A stretch of 64,000 nt of DNA from a virus. The notes below the pieces were generated by a model, which was given only the letters and a program-made list of their open reading frames with translations, did no database searches and was not told where the DNA came from. Made by a program: the position numbers and the translations under genes. Each line of letters begins with the position of its first letter. The first letter of the stretch is position 1. Positions 1 through 8,260 of this stretch are shown here, piece after piece. The stretch spans positions 325-64,324 of IMG/VR virus record IMGVR_UViG_3300009084_000003, one strand, 5' to 3'.

Positions 1-87
1 AGCATTCAGACGTTCGAGCCACGAAGCCTGGACGCGCAGAGACTCCTTCAACTCAGCCACCATGCCGAGCAGGTCCGTGGCGCTCAC
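1..87 (-). CDS. 5' part of a hypothetical protein running off the window edge (probable member of the tandem paralog array)
   Basis: GTG at 87 overlaps the stop of 84..488; open frame VSATDLLGMVAELKESLRVQASWLERLNA; same junction repeat as neighbours. Confidence 0.5.
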   Translation of the reverse strand, partial: MSATDLLGMVAELKESLRVQASWLERLNA

Positions 88-811
88 GGCTTCACCGCCC
101 GCAGGTGAGCGATGATTGGGTGGGGGTCGTATTGCCCTGCCTTCACCTGGTCTGTTGTCCAAGCCAGGTGGTCGTAGGTTGTCGCCATCACGGCTCGGGC
201 GATGGCGAGCGCACGGAACACGTCCATGCGGCCGTCCGTGCAGTCGGGGCAGGCTCGTCCGTAGTCGGCTTGGGCGGCTCCCGTTGCGGGTCCGAGGTGG
301 CCGATGCCCTCGCATGTCGGGCAGACGGGCAAGGCGCTGGCGATCTGCTGGATGAAAGCTGCCGCCTCCAATGTCAGCAACCTGGATTGCGGCGAGCCGA
401 ATCTGTCGTGCATCCATTCAGCGACCCCCACCAGATGCGCCACCATGTCGGGCAGGCTTTCGCGTTCGGGCAGGTTCGAGGTGCTCACAGCTTCACCGCC
501 CGCAGGCGTTTGAGGCATTCGTTCCAGCCGTACTCCCACTCGAATTCGACATGCCCATCGCATGGGACTTCCTGAGCGGTTGCTGGGTCCATCACGGCGC
601 GGGCGATGGCGAGCGCACGGAACACGTCCATGCGACCTGACTCGCGACAGTCCTGGCATCGCTCCGCACCCTCAGCGCACGTTTCCCAGCCCTTGCCATC
701 GCACGTCGGGCAGACGGGCAAGGCGTCGATGATGCGCTGGATGAGTGCGTCTTCGTCGGCCGTTAGCGACGCATCAAGGAGTTCCAGCAGCGTGGTCACA
801 GCTTCACCACC
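83..811. repeat. gene-junction direct repeats CTCACRGCTTCACCGCCCGCAGG (83-105, 484-506; partial 796-811)
   Basis: 22/23 identity between the first two copies, read directly. Confidence 0.9.
84..488 (-). CDS. hypothetical protein with DnaJ-type CxxCxGxG zinc finger (paralog B)
   Basis: GTG at 488 overlaps upstream TGA; ALPVCPTCEGIG...CPDC...GRMDVFRALAIARAVM. Confidence 0.7.
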   Translation of the reverse strand: MSTSNLPERESLPDMVAHLVGVAEWMHDRFGSPQSRLLTLEAAAFIQQIASALPVCPTCEGIGHLGPATGAAQADYGRACPDCTDGRMDVFRALAIARAVMATTYDHLAWTTDQVKAGQYDPHPIIAHLRAVKP

Positions 812-982
812 CGACGTGTCCATATCGCCCATCGCCTCGCATGTGCTATGCGGGCGTGGGTCGCCGGGCTCTCGAATGTGGTGACACAAGTGCTTGCCTG
901 TGTGGCCCGAAGTGAGGTCGCATTGGCAGTATGGGGGAGGAAAGCCGTAACGACAGCGACCCGGTGCCTCGTCGTCGTTCAT
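485..982 (-). CDS. hypothetical protein with DnaJ-type zinc finger (paralog A; alternative start GTG 799)
   Basis: ALPVCPTCDGKG...CQDC...GRMDVFRALAIARAVM shared with 84..488. Confidence 0.7.
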   Translation of the reverse strand: MNDDEAPGRCRYGFPPPYCQCDLTSGHTGKHLCHHIREPGDPRPHSTCEAMGDMDTSGGEAVTTLLELLDASLTADEDALIQRIIDALPVCPTCDGKGWETCAEGAERCQDCRESGRMDVFRALAIARAVMDPATAQEVPCDGHVEFEWEYGWNECLKRLRAVKL

Positions 983-1188
983 GCTCTCACCGCCGCCAGA
1001 AACAGGCGCTCGTCGAAGTGCGGGTTGTCGTCACGGAGACGTTGGGCGATCCGCTCGGCGCAGCGATGGACAACCCATACAGCGGCGGCTTCGTCGGCGG
1101 CGACCTCGTCGCCGTGTTGTTCGGCGAGGAGGGCGAGGAGTACCGAGTTCAGTGCTCCGGCGACGATCTTGTAGTCTTCCGTTGTCAT
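979..1188 (-). CDS. hypothetical protein
   Basis: SD GGAAAGGAAG before ATG 1188; stop overlaps next start. Confidence 0.7.
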   Translation of the reverse strand: MTTEDYKIVAGALNSVLLALLAEQHGDEVAADEAAAVWVVHRCAERIAQRLRDDNPHFDERLFLAAVRA

Positions 1189-1204
1189 GGCTTCCTTTCC
1201 TGTT

Positions 1205-1217
1205 GACATACTATGTC
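1205..1217 (-). promoter_or_regulatory. GACATAGTATGTC palindromic promoter/operator, copy 1
   Basis: palindromic arms GACATA-N-TATGTC just upstream of the SD of 979..1188. Confidence 0.7.
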
Positions 1218-1510
1218 ATCGGAACTGTCCGGCGCAACACAAGTTCTACAGCGCAAGCGCCGGTTGCTGACCAGTCCTGATCGACTTCGGGCTGTTGGGA
1301 CTCCCCATCCACGAAGGTGTGAACCTGTAGATGTAGAACCCCTGGTGCGGTGGTGGGGAGAATCACCACAGTGATGCCTGTCTCGCTACACCCCAACGAG
1401 ATTGCTGGGGGCAGTTTGTCGGATTCGAGTGGAATGTCGATTTCCAACATCTGGCGAGTTTCGGCGACGCGGCCGTCGACGAACAGTTCAAGGTCACTCG
1501 AATGACTCAT
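1211..1510 (-). CDS. hypothetical protein
   Basis: MSHSSDLELFVDG...; start trimmed to limit overlap with the upstream gene. Confidence 0.6.
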   Translation of the reverse strand: MSHSSDLELFVDGRVAETRQMLEIDIPLESDKLPPAISLGCSETGITVVILPTTAPGVLHLQVHTFVDGESQQPEVDQDWSATGACAVELVLRRTVPMT

Positions 1511-2252
1511 CGCCAGGTCCAATGAAGAGCGCGTTGTTGCCAGGTTCGCGTAGGTTGCGGGGAGGCTGGCGGGCGAGGCTGGGAGGCTGGCGGGCGAGGC
1601 GGGTGATTTCATCGGCCGTGCGGAGGTCTCGCTCTCGGTCTGCGGTGAAGACCCGTGTCCAGTCGAACCGCTCGCGGACGGTTCTCGGTCGCAACGCCTC
1701 CGCCGCCGCCGCCCTCACCGCAGCCGCCCTCGCCGCCGCCGGGTATGGCGCGCCGCAGAAGCTGCATTCGGTGTGTTCGTCGCCGGCGGTGTCGGGGTGG
1801 ATGCTTTGGGCCGCCGAGTATTGAATGAACTCCGCGGTGTTGGTGATGTAGCGCTCGCCGGTATCGGGTTCTTCGTCTTCGAGGAAACTGAGCAGCGATG
1901 AGCGGCCGGGGATGGGGCGTGAGGAATCTCGGTTGGTGGTCATGGTGTTTGCTCGTGGTTGACCTGCCCGAACGTGCCCGAACGGGACGCCAGCATCAGG
2001 GTCGCGTAGGTTGCGCCCCGTCAGTGCCATGAGCCTGGCGACCGCCATAGCGAGATGAAAGTCTCTCTCCATCCCTGAGTAGCCCCTCGATAGCGGAACC
2101 GGGAGAGCACCAGGGTTGGCCGGGACGATTGCGCCCCAACGAGCCGACATCGTGTCCAGCACGATTCGGACAAGTTCGTTGTCGGTAAGCACCACCTCAA
2201 GCATGTGCTCAGGTTCCCCCACCGGGATGACTATTGTCTTTGACATTGGCAT
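1494..2252 (-). CDS. hypothetical protein (CxxC; 21-bp tandem repeat at 1560-1601 encodes LARQPPS/R x2)
   Basis: ORF with purine-rich upstream sequence. Confidence 0.6.
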   Translation of the reverse strand: MPMSKTIVIPVGEPEHMLEVVLTDNELVRIVLDTMSARWGAIVPANPGALPVPLSRGYSGMERDFHLAMAVARLMALTGRNLRDPDAGVPFGHVRAGQPRANTMTTNRDSSRPIPGRSSLLSFLEDEEPDTGERYITNTAEFIQYSAAQSIHPDTAGDEHTECSFCGAPYPAAARAAAVRAAAAEALRPRTVRERFDWTRVFTADRERDLRTADEITRLARQPPSLARQPPRNLREPGNNALFIGPGDESFE

Positions 2253-2270
2253 GTCTCTTTCCTGGGAGGA

Positions 2271-2301
2271 GGGCGGGCGGTGATGATCTCACCGCCCGCC
2301 C
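2271..2301. terminator. 13-bp perfect hairpin (terminator or processing stem)
   Basis: GGGCGGGCGGTGA-TGATC-TCACCGCCCGCCC; no U-tract. Confidence 0.6.
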
Positions 2302-2313
2302 GGTTACCGCTGG

Positions 2314-2634
2314 CTAGGCGGTGATGATCTCGACGGCTGCGGTGGTGCAGTCGACGAGAGCGAAGCCGCTCGGGAAGCGGCGCAGGTTGCGCCGGATGGC
2401 ACGAGCGCGGTCGGCGTAGCCGTCCACTCGGGTGCCGTCGAGGCGGTACACGACGTGCGGGTGCAGGATCGTGAAGGCGGCTGCCGTCGGGGCTGCCACA
2501 CTCCACACGTCGAGCGCGTCGCCGCCGAGGACGACCTCGCCGGAATCGGTCTCGACGACCGTGAAGGTCTCCGAGCTGAACATGACGGTCGCCGTGATGG
2601 TGCCGTCGGTGATGACAATGCCGTTCTCGAACAT
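2314..2634 (-). CDS. hypothetical protein
   Basis: SD AGAAGGAG before ATG 2634 (MFENG...). Confidence 0.7.
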   Translation of the reverse strand: MFENGIVITDGTITATVMFSSETFTVVETDSGEVVLGGDALDVWSVAAPTAAAFTILHPHVVYRLDGTRVDGYADRARAIRRNLRRFPSGFALVDCTTAAVEIITA

Positions 2635-2783
2635 GTCACTCCTTCTGTGTGCTGGCCTGACGCCGGAATTGGCATCAGGTGTTGCGCCTTTCGGCGGTGG
2701 GCCGCCGAGCGATGAAACTCGACGGCCCGCTCCTGATAAAGCTGGCGACACGGGAGGGTTCACCCCCGCCCGGCCAACACTTC
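2635..2783 (-). ncRNA. putative structured cis-regulatory RNA
   Basis: closing stem 2649-57/2772-80 plus four internal hairpins including a GAAA tetraloop. Confidence 0.45.
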
Positions 2784-3743
2784 TTAGGAGACTTGCTTGG
2801 CGTAGCGCGCCCGCATGTAGCTGCGCTGGCGCTCGATGAGCGGCCTCACGGCCGGATCGACTTCGGCCAACGCGTCGACGAACGAATCCATCGTCACCGT
2901 TGGTCGCTTCGTTGGGTGCGGTGCAGTCAGCGTCGACCACGCGGGGCGGATGATCTCACCCCACGGCGAGTCACACCCGACCGGCCACGCCGTCGAGCCC
3001 CGGAGCGAGGCTTCGACGAGTGCAGCGAGAACCGGGGTGGCTTCGACGAACGCCACCGACATCCGGGCTGCGAGTTCGATTCGCCATGCTGAGTTGGTGG
3101 CATTGAACACCCGGAACTCAAGAGTGCCGTACCGGGAGAAGTTCAGGTCAACGTGACGGTCGCGGCCGATTGCCTCGGCCAACGAGTCACCCACGCTCAC
3201 CCGTCCGAGACTCTTCCAGTAGTCGGGTCGGCCCCCTGCGTAGCCGTCGACGACGTAGGAGCGTATCGCTTGCATGAGCGTGGTGTTCATGTCTCGCTTC
3301 TGCTGCGATCGACCAGGCGCGACGATCTCGCTGAAGTACCGTTCGTACGCCAGGTAGGTCGAGGCGACCAGACGGTATGCTTCCCGGTCGCCGCCCGAAA
3401 GCCCGACATGGACATGAAGACCACAACGCGGGCCGGTCGTGGCCCCCGCTGAGGTGGCGGCTTCGGTCAACTGTTTCGTGATTCGCTGGAGGTCATCCCA
3501 GTCGTTGAGGATGCGGCTGATGAACTCGCCGTCGGCTGACGAATCAGTCTGTGCGTGCAGGTCGGGGACAGGTTGATCTCCGCCGTTGTTGTCCCGGACC
3601 CAGCATTGCACACAGTCACAGTGGTATCTGTGGAAGTGGTCCATCTTCACCACGCCTTGACCGTAGAGGTCGCGCAGTGTTGCGTTCGCTCCCGAGGCGT
3701 ACTCCAACTCGAACCCGAACGTGCGGGCTGATGGGTTCGGCAT
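2784..3743 (-). CDS. amidoligase (COOH-NH2 ligase, glutamine synthetase-like fold)
   Basis: FGFELEY, DSSADGEFIS, CGLHVHVG, TLEFRVFNAT motifs. Confidence 0.85.
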   Translation of the reverse strand: MPNPSARTFGFELEYASGANATLRDLYGQGVVKMDHFHRYHCDCVQCWVRDNNGGDQPVPDLHAQTDSSADGEFISRILNDWDDLQRITKQLTEAATSAGATTGPRCGLHVHVGLSGGDREAYRLVASTYLAYERYFSEIVAPGRSQQKRDMNTTLMQAIRSYVVDGYAGGRPDYWKSLGRVSVGDSLAEAIGRDRHVDLNFSRYGTLEFRVFNATNSAWRIELAARMSVAFVEATPVLAALVEASLRGSTAWPVGCDSPWGEIIRPAWSTLTAPHPTKRPTVTMDSFVDALAEVDPAVRPLIERQRSYMRARYAKQVS

Positions 3744-5072
3744 TTATGCTCCTGCCTGGGCGAATCGCCCGGTAAGACGGTTGGGGACCGTCATGGGAAT
3801 GTGGCATGGGTCGAAGTCGATGACCATGTCGCCAGCGGCGGTGACTTCCATCACCGTGCCGGTCAGGTCGAACAACTCGCCCGACCCGACACTGAGCCGC
3901 ACTCCGATTTCGATGCGGTCGCCTTCCTGGCGCTTGCCAGCGGTGTTGCCCGCCGTGATGGCGTAGGGCTGATTCGACTGGATGGGCGTCACGTTGTTGC
4001 GTGCGACCGCCTCGGTCTTGATGGCGTCTGCTCGCTGTTCAGGAGACATCGAGTTGATCTCCCCCGGATACAACGGGCGCACCTTGTGCCAGGTGCCAGC
4101 CGAGTACCGCTGCTGCACCCAACCGTCACCGACGGCGTGCTTGGAACGGATGTCACCCTCAGTCGGGGAGACTCTGGTCTTACCGACGACGACGCCTGCG
4201 GGCGGCGCGCCGCTCCTGACGACTGAGGAGGCTCCGGGCGGTGTTACTTTTCCCGTGACACCACCCCCGCCGCTGTAGCCGGAGGCGTACTCCCAGTCCC
4301 CAGACCACAACCGGGAGCGCTGCTTTGTCGGGTCTTCGACGGCGTGAACGCCGCTGAAGTCGAAGGTCGGGAACTGTTCGAGCTGCCCGTCGGCACCGAC
4401 GCACGCCAGGAACCCCTGAGGCGCTTCGATGACGTCGACTTCCTTGACGTCCTGGGCGATTCCCCCGGCGATGAACGCCGCACCAACAGCCTCTTTCGTC
4501 GAGGCGAACACGGTCGAACCTTCGACGGTGCGGGCGTAGTGCAGGGGGCTTGATCGCCCTCTGGCCATCCACAACGTGCGAGGCTCAATCGCCTGGTCAA
4601 TCCACGCGATTGCCCATGAGGCGTCGATCGCTTTCAACCCGTCAGCGAGCAGCGGGTAGTGGTGAATGGCGGCGAAGATCGCCTCCGAATCCACCTGCGC
4701 CTTGCGGTCCCACTTGAGTGTGTCGAACAGGTCGTCATCGTTGCGGACCATGCCGTTGTGGATGCCGATGATGTTCTCGTACCGAATGGGGTGGTTGTTG
4801 AGAGGATTTATCGGCGAGCCCTGTGTCGACGCTCGGGTGTGGATGAGGGCAGTCTGAGCTGAACGCCCGATGCCTTTCCGCCCGGCGAGGAATACCTCAG
4901 CCTTGCGTGCCTCCTTGCGCAGCTCGACGCGCCCTCGGGGACTGACGGTGCAAACTCCGGTGGCATCTTGGCCACGCTGTTGCATCATCCGTGCGAGAAC
5001 GAGTGTCATGCGTTCGGTGTCGATCTTGCCGAAATCCTTATCGCTGATTACGAATCCAGCTATTCCGCAAAT
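3744..5072 (-). CDS. class II (Ntn) glutamine amidotransferase with C-terminal extension; apparent ATT start
   Basis: CGIAG, RGQDATG, IHTRASTQGS, NNHP, HNGMVRN, VDSEAI; SD AAGGAAGG 8 nt before ATT-TGC. Confidence 0.85.
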   Translation of the reverse strand: MCGIAGFVISDKDFGKIDTERMTLVLARMMQQRGQDATGVCTVSPRGRVELRKEARKAEVFLAGRKGIGRSAQTALIHTRASTQGSPINPLNNHPIRYENIIGIHNGMVRNDDDLFDTLKWDRKAQVDSEAIFAAIHHYPLLADGLKAIDASWAIAWIDQAIEPRTLWMARGRSSPLHYARTVEGSTVFASTKEAVGAAFIAGGIAQDVKEVDVIEAPQGFLACVGADGQLEQFPTFDFSGVHAVEDPTKQRSRLWSGDWEYASGYSGGGGVTGKVTPPGASSVVRSGAPPAGVVVGKTRVSPTEGDIRSKHAVGDGWVQQRYSAGTWHKVRPLYPGEINSMSPEQRADAIKTEAVARNNVTPIQSNQPYAITAGNTAGKRQEGDRIEIGVRLSVGSGELFDLTGTVMEVTAAGDMVIDFDPCHIPMTVPNRLTGRFAQAGA

Positions 5073-5097
5073 GGTGGGTACCTTCCTTTCTTGTTCG

Positions 5098-6024
5098 TCA
5101 GTAGTTGACGAGGTGGTCGTTGAGAAGTTGTGCGGCCTGCTCGAAGCGCGGGCCGACTGGGAGGTAGGCGATGACGGCTCGCTTGAAGTCGTCGATGTGA
5201 GCGGCGTATTCGCCAACCCACCAGCCTCCCGGTCGGGTGGAGTCCATGCGCTCCATGTGTGCGCCCCAGCGGGTCAGGGCGACCGACAGACCCAGGTGCG
5301 CCCATAGGCGCTCAGGGTCACTCGGGGTGTTCCACAGTCGGTGTTCGACGGTGTGGTCGCGTTGCGAAAGCCACGAACCGCTGAAGCCGTAGATGCCGTG
5401 GGTGGGCTTTGTGTTGTAGCCGCGTATCCGCCCGCATCCGCCATCGGCGACGAGGGTCCAATCGTAGGCGGCGTAGGCGGCCTGGATGAGATTGAACCCA
5501 GCACCCGTGAGGTGCTGGACACGGTTGGCGTCGTCGCGGCCGACGTGAATGTGGTTGCCGCACGGGGTGACACCGTCGGGCATCCAATGCCCGTCGGCTT
5601 TCCACACCTCGACGAAAGCAATCCACTCGGCAACCGAATCCATGTCGGTTTCGGAGCGAACGTCGAGGATGCGAGACACCATCTCCACGCCAACCGTGGA
5701 GTCGTTCTGTGTCGCCATCAGCGGCCCACTGCGGGTGTATCTACATTCAACGCACCGGCAGTGGTATTCGTGCGCCCGGCCATGTGCGAGACCCAGGGCG
5801 CTGGCTCGTACGATGTACTCGGGCACACCACCGCTGGATGTCGGTGTGGGTCGCGGGCCGTCGCATTCTTCGCAGCACCAGTCGCCGTCGTCTTCTGTTC
5901 CCCCGTAATAACGGGGGAACATTTCGTACTCGATGCCGAAACGATGAATCGTTTGGATGACATTCGGGTCGGGCTCGTGTCCCCAGATTTTGAGCGCTAA
6001 CGGGGGCGCATCAGTGACTGTCAT
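5098..6024 (-). CDS. second, divergent amidoligase
   Basis: FGIEYE, DSTVGVEMVS, CGNHIHVG, TVEHRLWN motifs. Confidence 0.75.
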   Translation of the reverse strand: MTVTDAPPLALKIWGHEPDPNVIQTIHRFGIEYEMFPRYYGGTEDDGDWCCEECDGPRPTPTSSGGVPEYIVRASALGLAHGRAHEYHCRCVECRYTRSGPLMATQNDSTVGVEMVSRILDVRSETDMDSVAEWIAFVEVWKADGHWMPDGVTPCGNHIHVGRDDANRVQHLTGAGFNLIQAAYAAYDWTLVADGGCGRIRGYNTKPTHGIYGFSGSWLSQRDHTVEHRLWNTPSDPERLWAHLGLSVALTRWGAHMERMDSTRPGGWWVGEYAAHIDDFKRAVIAYLPVGPRFEQAAQLLNDHLVNY

Positions 6025-6045
6025 TCTGTTCTCCTCTGTTGGTTG

Positions 6046-6567
6046 TCAGGCTTCCGCCCAGATCAGGTTGATGCCGTCGAATGTCGCGGTCAGGTCAGGC
6101 GAATCGTCGATGCTGACGATCTCGCCGTCGTCGCCGAAGATCGGGGCGTCGAAGCCCCACCACTCGATGAGGGCGTCCCCGTCGGCGACGGTCAGCATGT
6201 CGCGAATCCATTCGACGAGATCGAAGGCGGTGCCGTCATGCCGGTTGGTGTTGGTCGTGCCGTCGGCATGGGTCACTCTGGCAAACTGCTTCCCGTCACC
6301 CATCGGGGCGGCGGTGGAAGGTCGCGAGATGACCTCCATGTTGTCGGTGATCCATGAGGTGGAGAAATGGAGTTCATACCCGATTTCTCGGGGGTAGGTG
6401 GGGCCGGGGTCAACCAGCTGCATCACCCACTCGCCATACAGCGACTGGGCGGTGGCTACCCAGGTGTCACCGCCGACCTGTTCGCCGTACGCGTTGCGCC
6501 GCGGGAGGCGTCGAAGCTGCGTCCCTACTTCGATTTCCAAGAGAACCTCCAATGACGATGTCGGCAT
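6046..6567 (-). CDS. hypothetical protein
   Basis: ORF in operon orientation with typical codon use. Confidence 0.65.
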   Translation of the reverse strand: MPTSSLEVLLEIEVGTQLRRLPRRNAYGEQVGGDTWVATAQSLYGEWVMQLVDPGPTYPREIGYELHFSTSWITDNMEVISRPSTAAPMGDGKQFARVTHADGTTNTNRHDGTAFDLVEWIRDMLTVADGDALIEWWGFDAPIFGDDGEIVSIDDSPDLTATFDGINLIWAEA

Positions 6568-6628
6568 CCCTTGCAGGGACGCCAGTTCGGTCGATGTGAT
6601 CGTGCGTGGCAGATGCAGGCGTGGAGGC

Positions 6629-6937
6629 TCATGTGGGCACCAGCGTCAGTTTGCGCTCGTCCTTGTCCCACTCGAAGCGCCCTACGCCCTCGGCAAGCCA
6701 GCGCAGGAAGGCCAGGACTTTGCCGATGAGAATGTTCAGGTCGGCAACTGTGTCATGGGGGCGTCCGAAGTCGCCCGTGTACCGACTTTCGCCGGTCTCG
6801 AAAGCGTAGACACAGCGAGCCTCGGGGCCGGACAGGTTGTACCCGTACTCGCGCCCTCGCTTCACGATGTCCAACTCGTTCTCAGCGAACACGCCGGGGG
6901 TGACGAGTGAATTGTCAGCCAGTTCGATCATCGCCAT
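6629..6937 (-). CDS. hypothetical protein
   Basis: MAMIELADNSLV...; start overlaps upstream stop. Confidence 0.65.
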   Translation of the reverse strand: MAMIELADNSLVTPGVFAENELDIVKRGREYGYNLSGPEARCVYAFETGESRYTGDFGRPHDTVADLNILIGKVLAFLRWLAEGVGRFEWDKDERKLTLVPT

Positions 6938-7299
6938 GACTCCCCGTATTCGGCTTGATAGGCCTCGTATTCGGCTTGATAGGCGTCCCAATCCTTGTCA
7001 GCGTCCAGGTGGTCGATGACGGCTTCGTCGAACATGTCCGATGCCTCGAAGCCCCGGTCGAACCGGACAACGGACACGAGTCCAATGTGTGTCTCGGTGA
7101 CCAGATAGTCATGGCCGTAGAAGTCGAGCAGCAGCGCGTGCCAGCACGACCCAGTCCAAGTATCACCACAAGTGTAGGTGTCCTCGAAATGCTTGTCCTC
7201 GGCTCGCTCCATCGCTGCCAGGTAGACGACCATGTCCTTCATCGGAATGGCCTTCATCGGTATGTCTTTGTACTCTGCGGCGATCAAGGTCACCTCCAA
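6928..7299 (-). CDS. acidic hypothetical protein (19-bp repeat with 21-bp period at 6945-6984 encodes YQAEY x2)
   Basis: ORF track plus repeat seen in sequence. Confidence 0.6.
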   Translation of the reverse strand: MEVTLIAAEYKDIPMKAIPMKDMVVYLAAMERAEDKHFEDTYTCGDTWTGSCWHALLLDFYGHDYLVTETHIGLVSVVRFDRGFEASDMFDEAVIDHLDADKDWDAYQAEYEAYQAEYGESWR

Positions 7300-7649
7300 T
7301 CAGTCATGTGGACCCAGGGCACGACAGCCGAGGAGGGAAGCCCCTGCTCTGAATCCACATCACCGATCAAAGGTCTGACCACAACCAGTCCCAATACGTC
7401 GCTAAGAGCATGACGATGGTGGGGATCACGAGTACCGGCCAGCTCATGCGCTGACCTTGTCGGTGAGCTGCAACTCGATCACGGTGAGGTAATAGAAGGT
7501 GCGCTGATACTGACGCAGCAGCCGACTCACCACCGACGTGGGCGTGTGAATCCAAGGCTGCGCCTCACGGGTGCAGCGGATCGCTGAGGCTACGTTTGCA
7601 CGTCGTTTACGGAGCGCCATGAGGTCGCTCGTGAATAGATGGTCTTGAT

Positions 7650-7934
7650 TCACAGGAGCCTCACTCGCTCGACCAGGGCCGCTACTGCGGCCTCGCTCAG
7701 ATATCCGATCACGTTGTCGGTGATGGCGGTGCTGTAGCAGAGACCCCCGTGGTGACGGACTGCGAACTCCCACAGCCCGTGTTGGTTGCCGTAGGAGCCG
7801 CTGAAGCGCACCACGCTCGCCCCGTACCCGTTGGGAAACTCGAATTGGTACAGCATCCCGTCTCCCACTGGGTGCGGCTTTGCAATCGTCGCCGGGTATT
7901 CAAGCGGGAACGGATGGTTTGGAATTGTTGTCAT
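7650..7934 (-). CDS. conserved phage hypothetical protein (FPNGYGASVV family)
   Basis: FPNGYGASVV...GLWEFAV...LCYSTAITDNVIGYL pattern recalled from phage proteins. Confidence 0.7.
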   Translation of the reverse strand: MTTIPNHPFPLEYPATIAKPHPVGDGMLYQFEFPNGYGASVVRFSGSYGNQHGLWEFAVRHHGGLCYSTAITDNVIGYLSEAAVAALVERVRLL

Positions 7935-8050
7935 GCCCTGCACTGTTTCCTCCTCTGAAATCGAGCCTGGGGCGAAACGGCAATCGTCATCGTCTCGTTG
8001 CTTAGCAGCCCCCCGGTCAGCCTTGAAGCTGAGGGAACCCCAGGTAAGAA

Positions 8051-8248
8051 CTACCGGCTCGCTAGGGGCCGGGTGAGATTGTTGGCTGAGTTGACTTCAT
8101 CAGCCCAGTTGACGAGTCGTACCGCCTGAGTTCTACCGCCGATGATGCGGTACAGGTGGGTCTCCCCGTGAATCTGCCGGGCGGCTCGAACCGTCATCAT
8201 CGGCCGACCCTGGTCGTCGATATGAAGGGCTGCGCGTGGCGCTTTCAT
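8051..8248 (-). CDS. hypothetical protein
   Basis: strong SD AGGAGG before ATG 8248. Confidence 0.7.
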   Translation of the reverse strand: MKAPRAALHIDDQGRPMMTVRAARQIHGETHLYRIIGGRTQAVRLVNWADEVNSANNLTRPLASR

Positions 8249-8260
8249 GGTTCCTCCTAA

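Noticed and set aside
2635-2783. SAM-I or hammerhead assignment
   Set aside because: No P1 3' strand (GAURA), P3 pairs poorly, and CUGAUG is not followed by the hammerhead A; kept only as an unassigned structured RNA.
5073-5216. 48-aa N-terminal extension of the GATase in the ORF track
   Set aside because: Overlaps the upstream gene, is low-complexity, and would bury the catalytic Cys.
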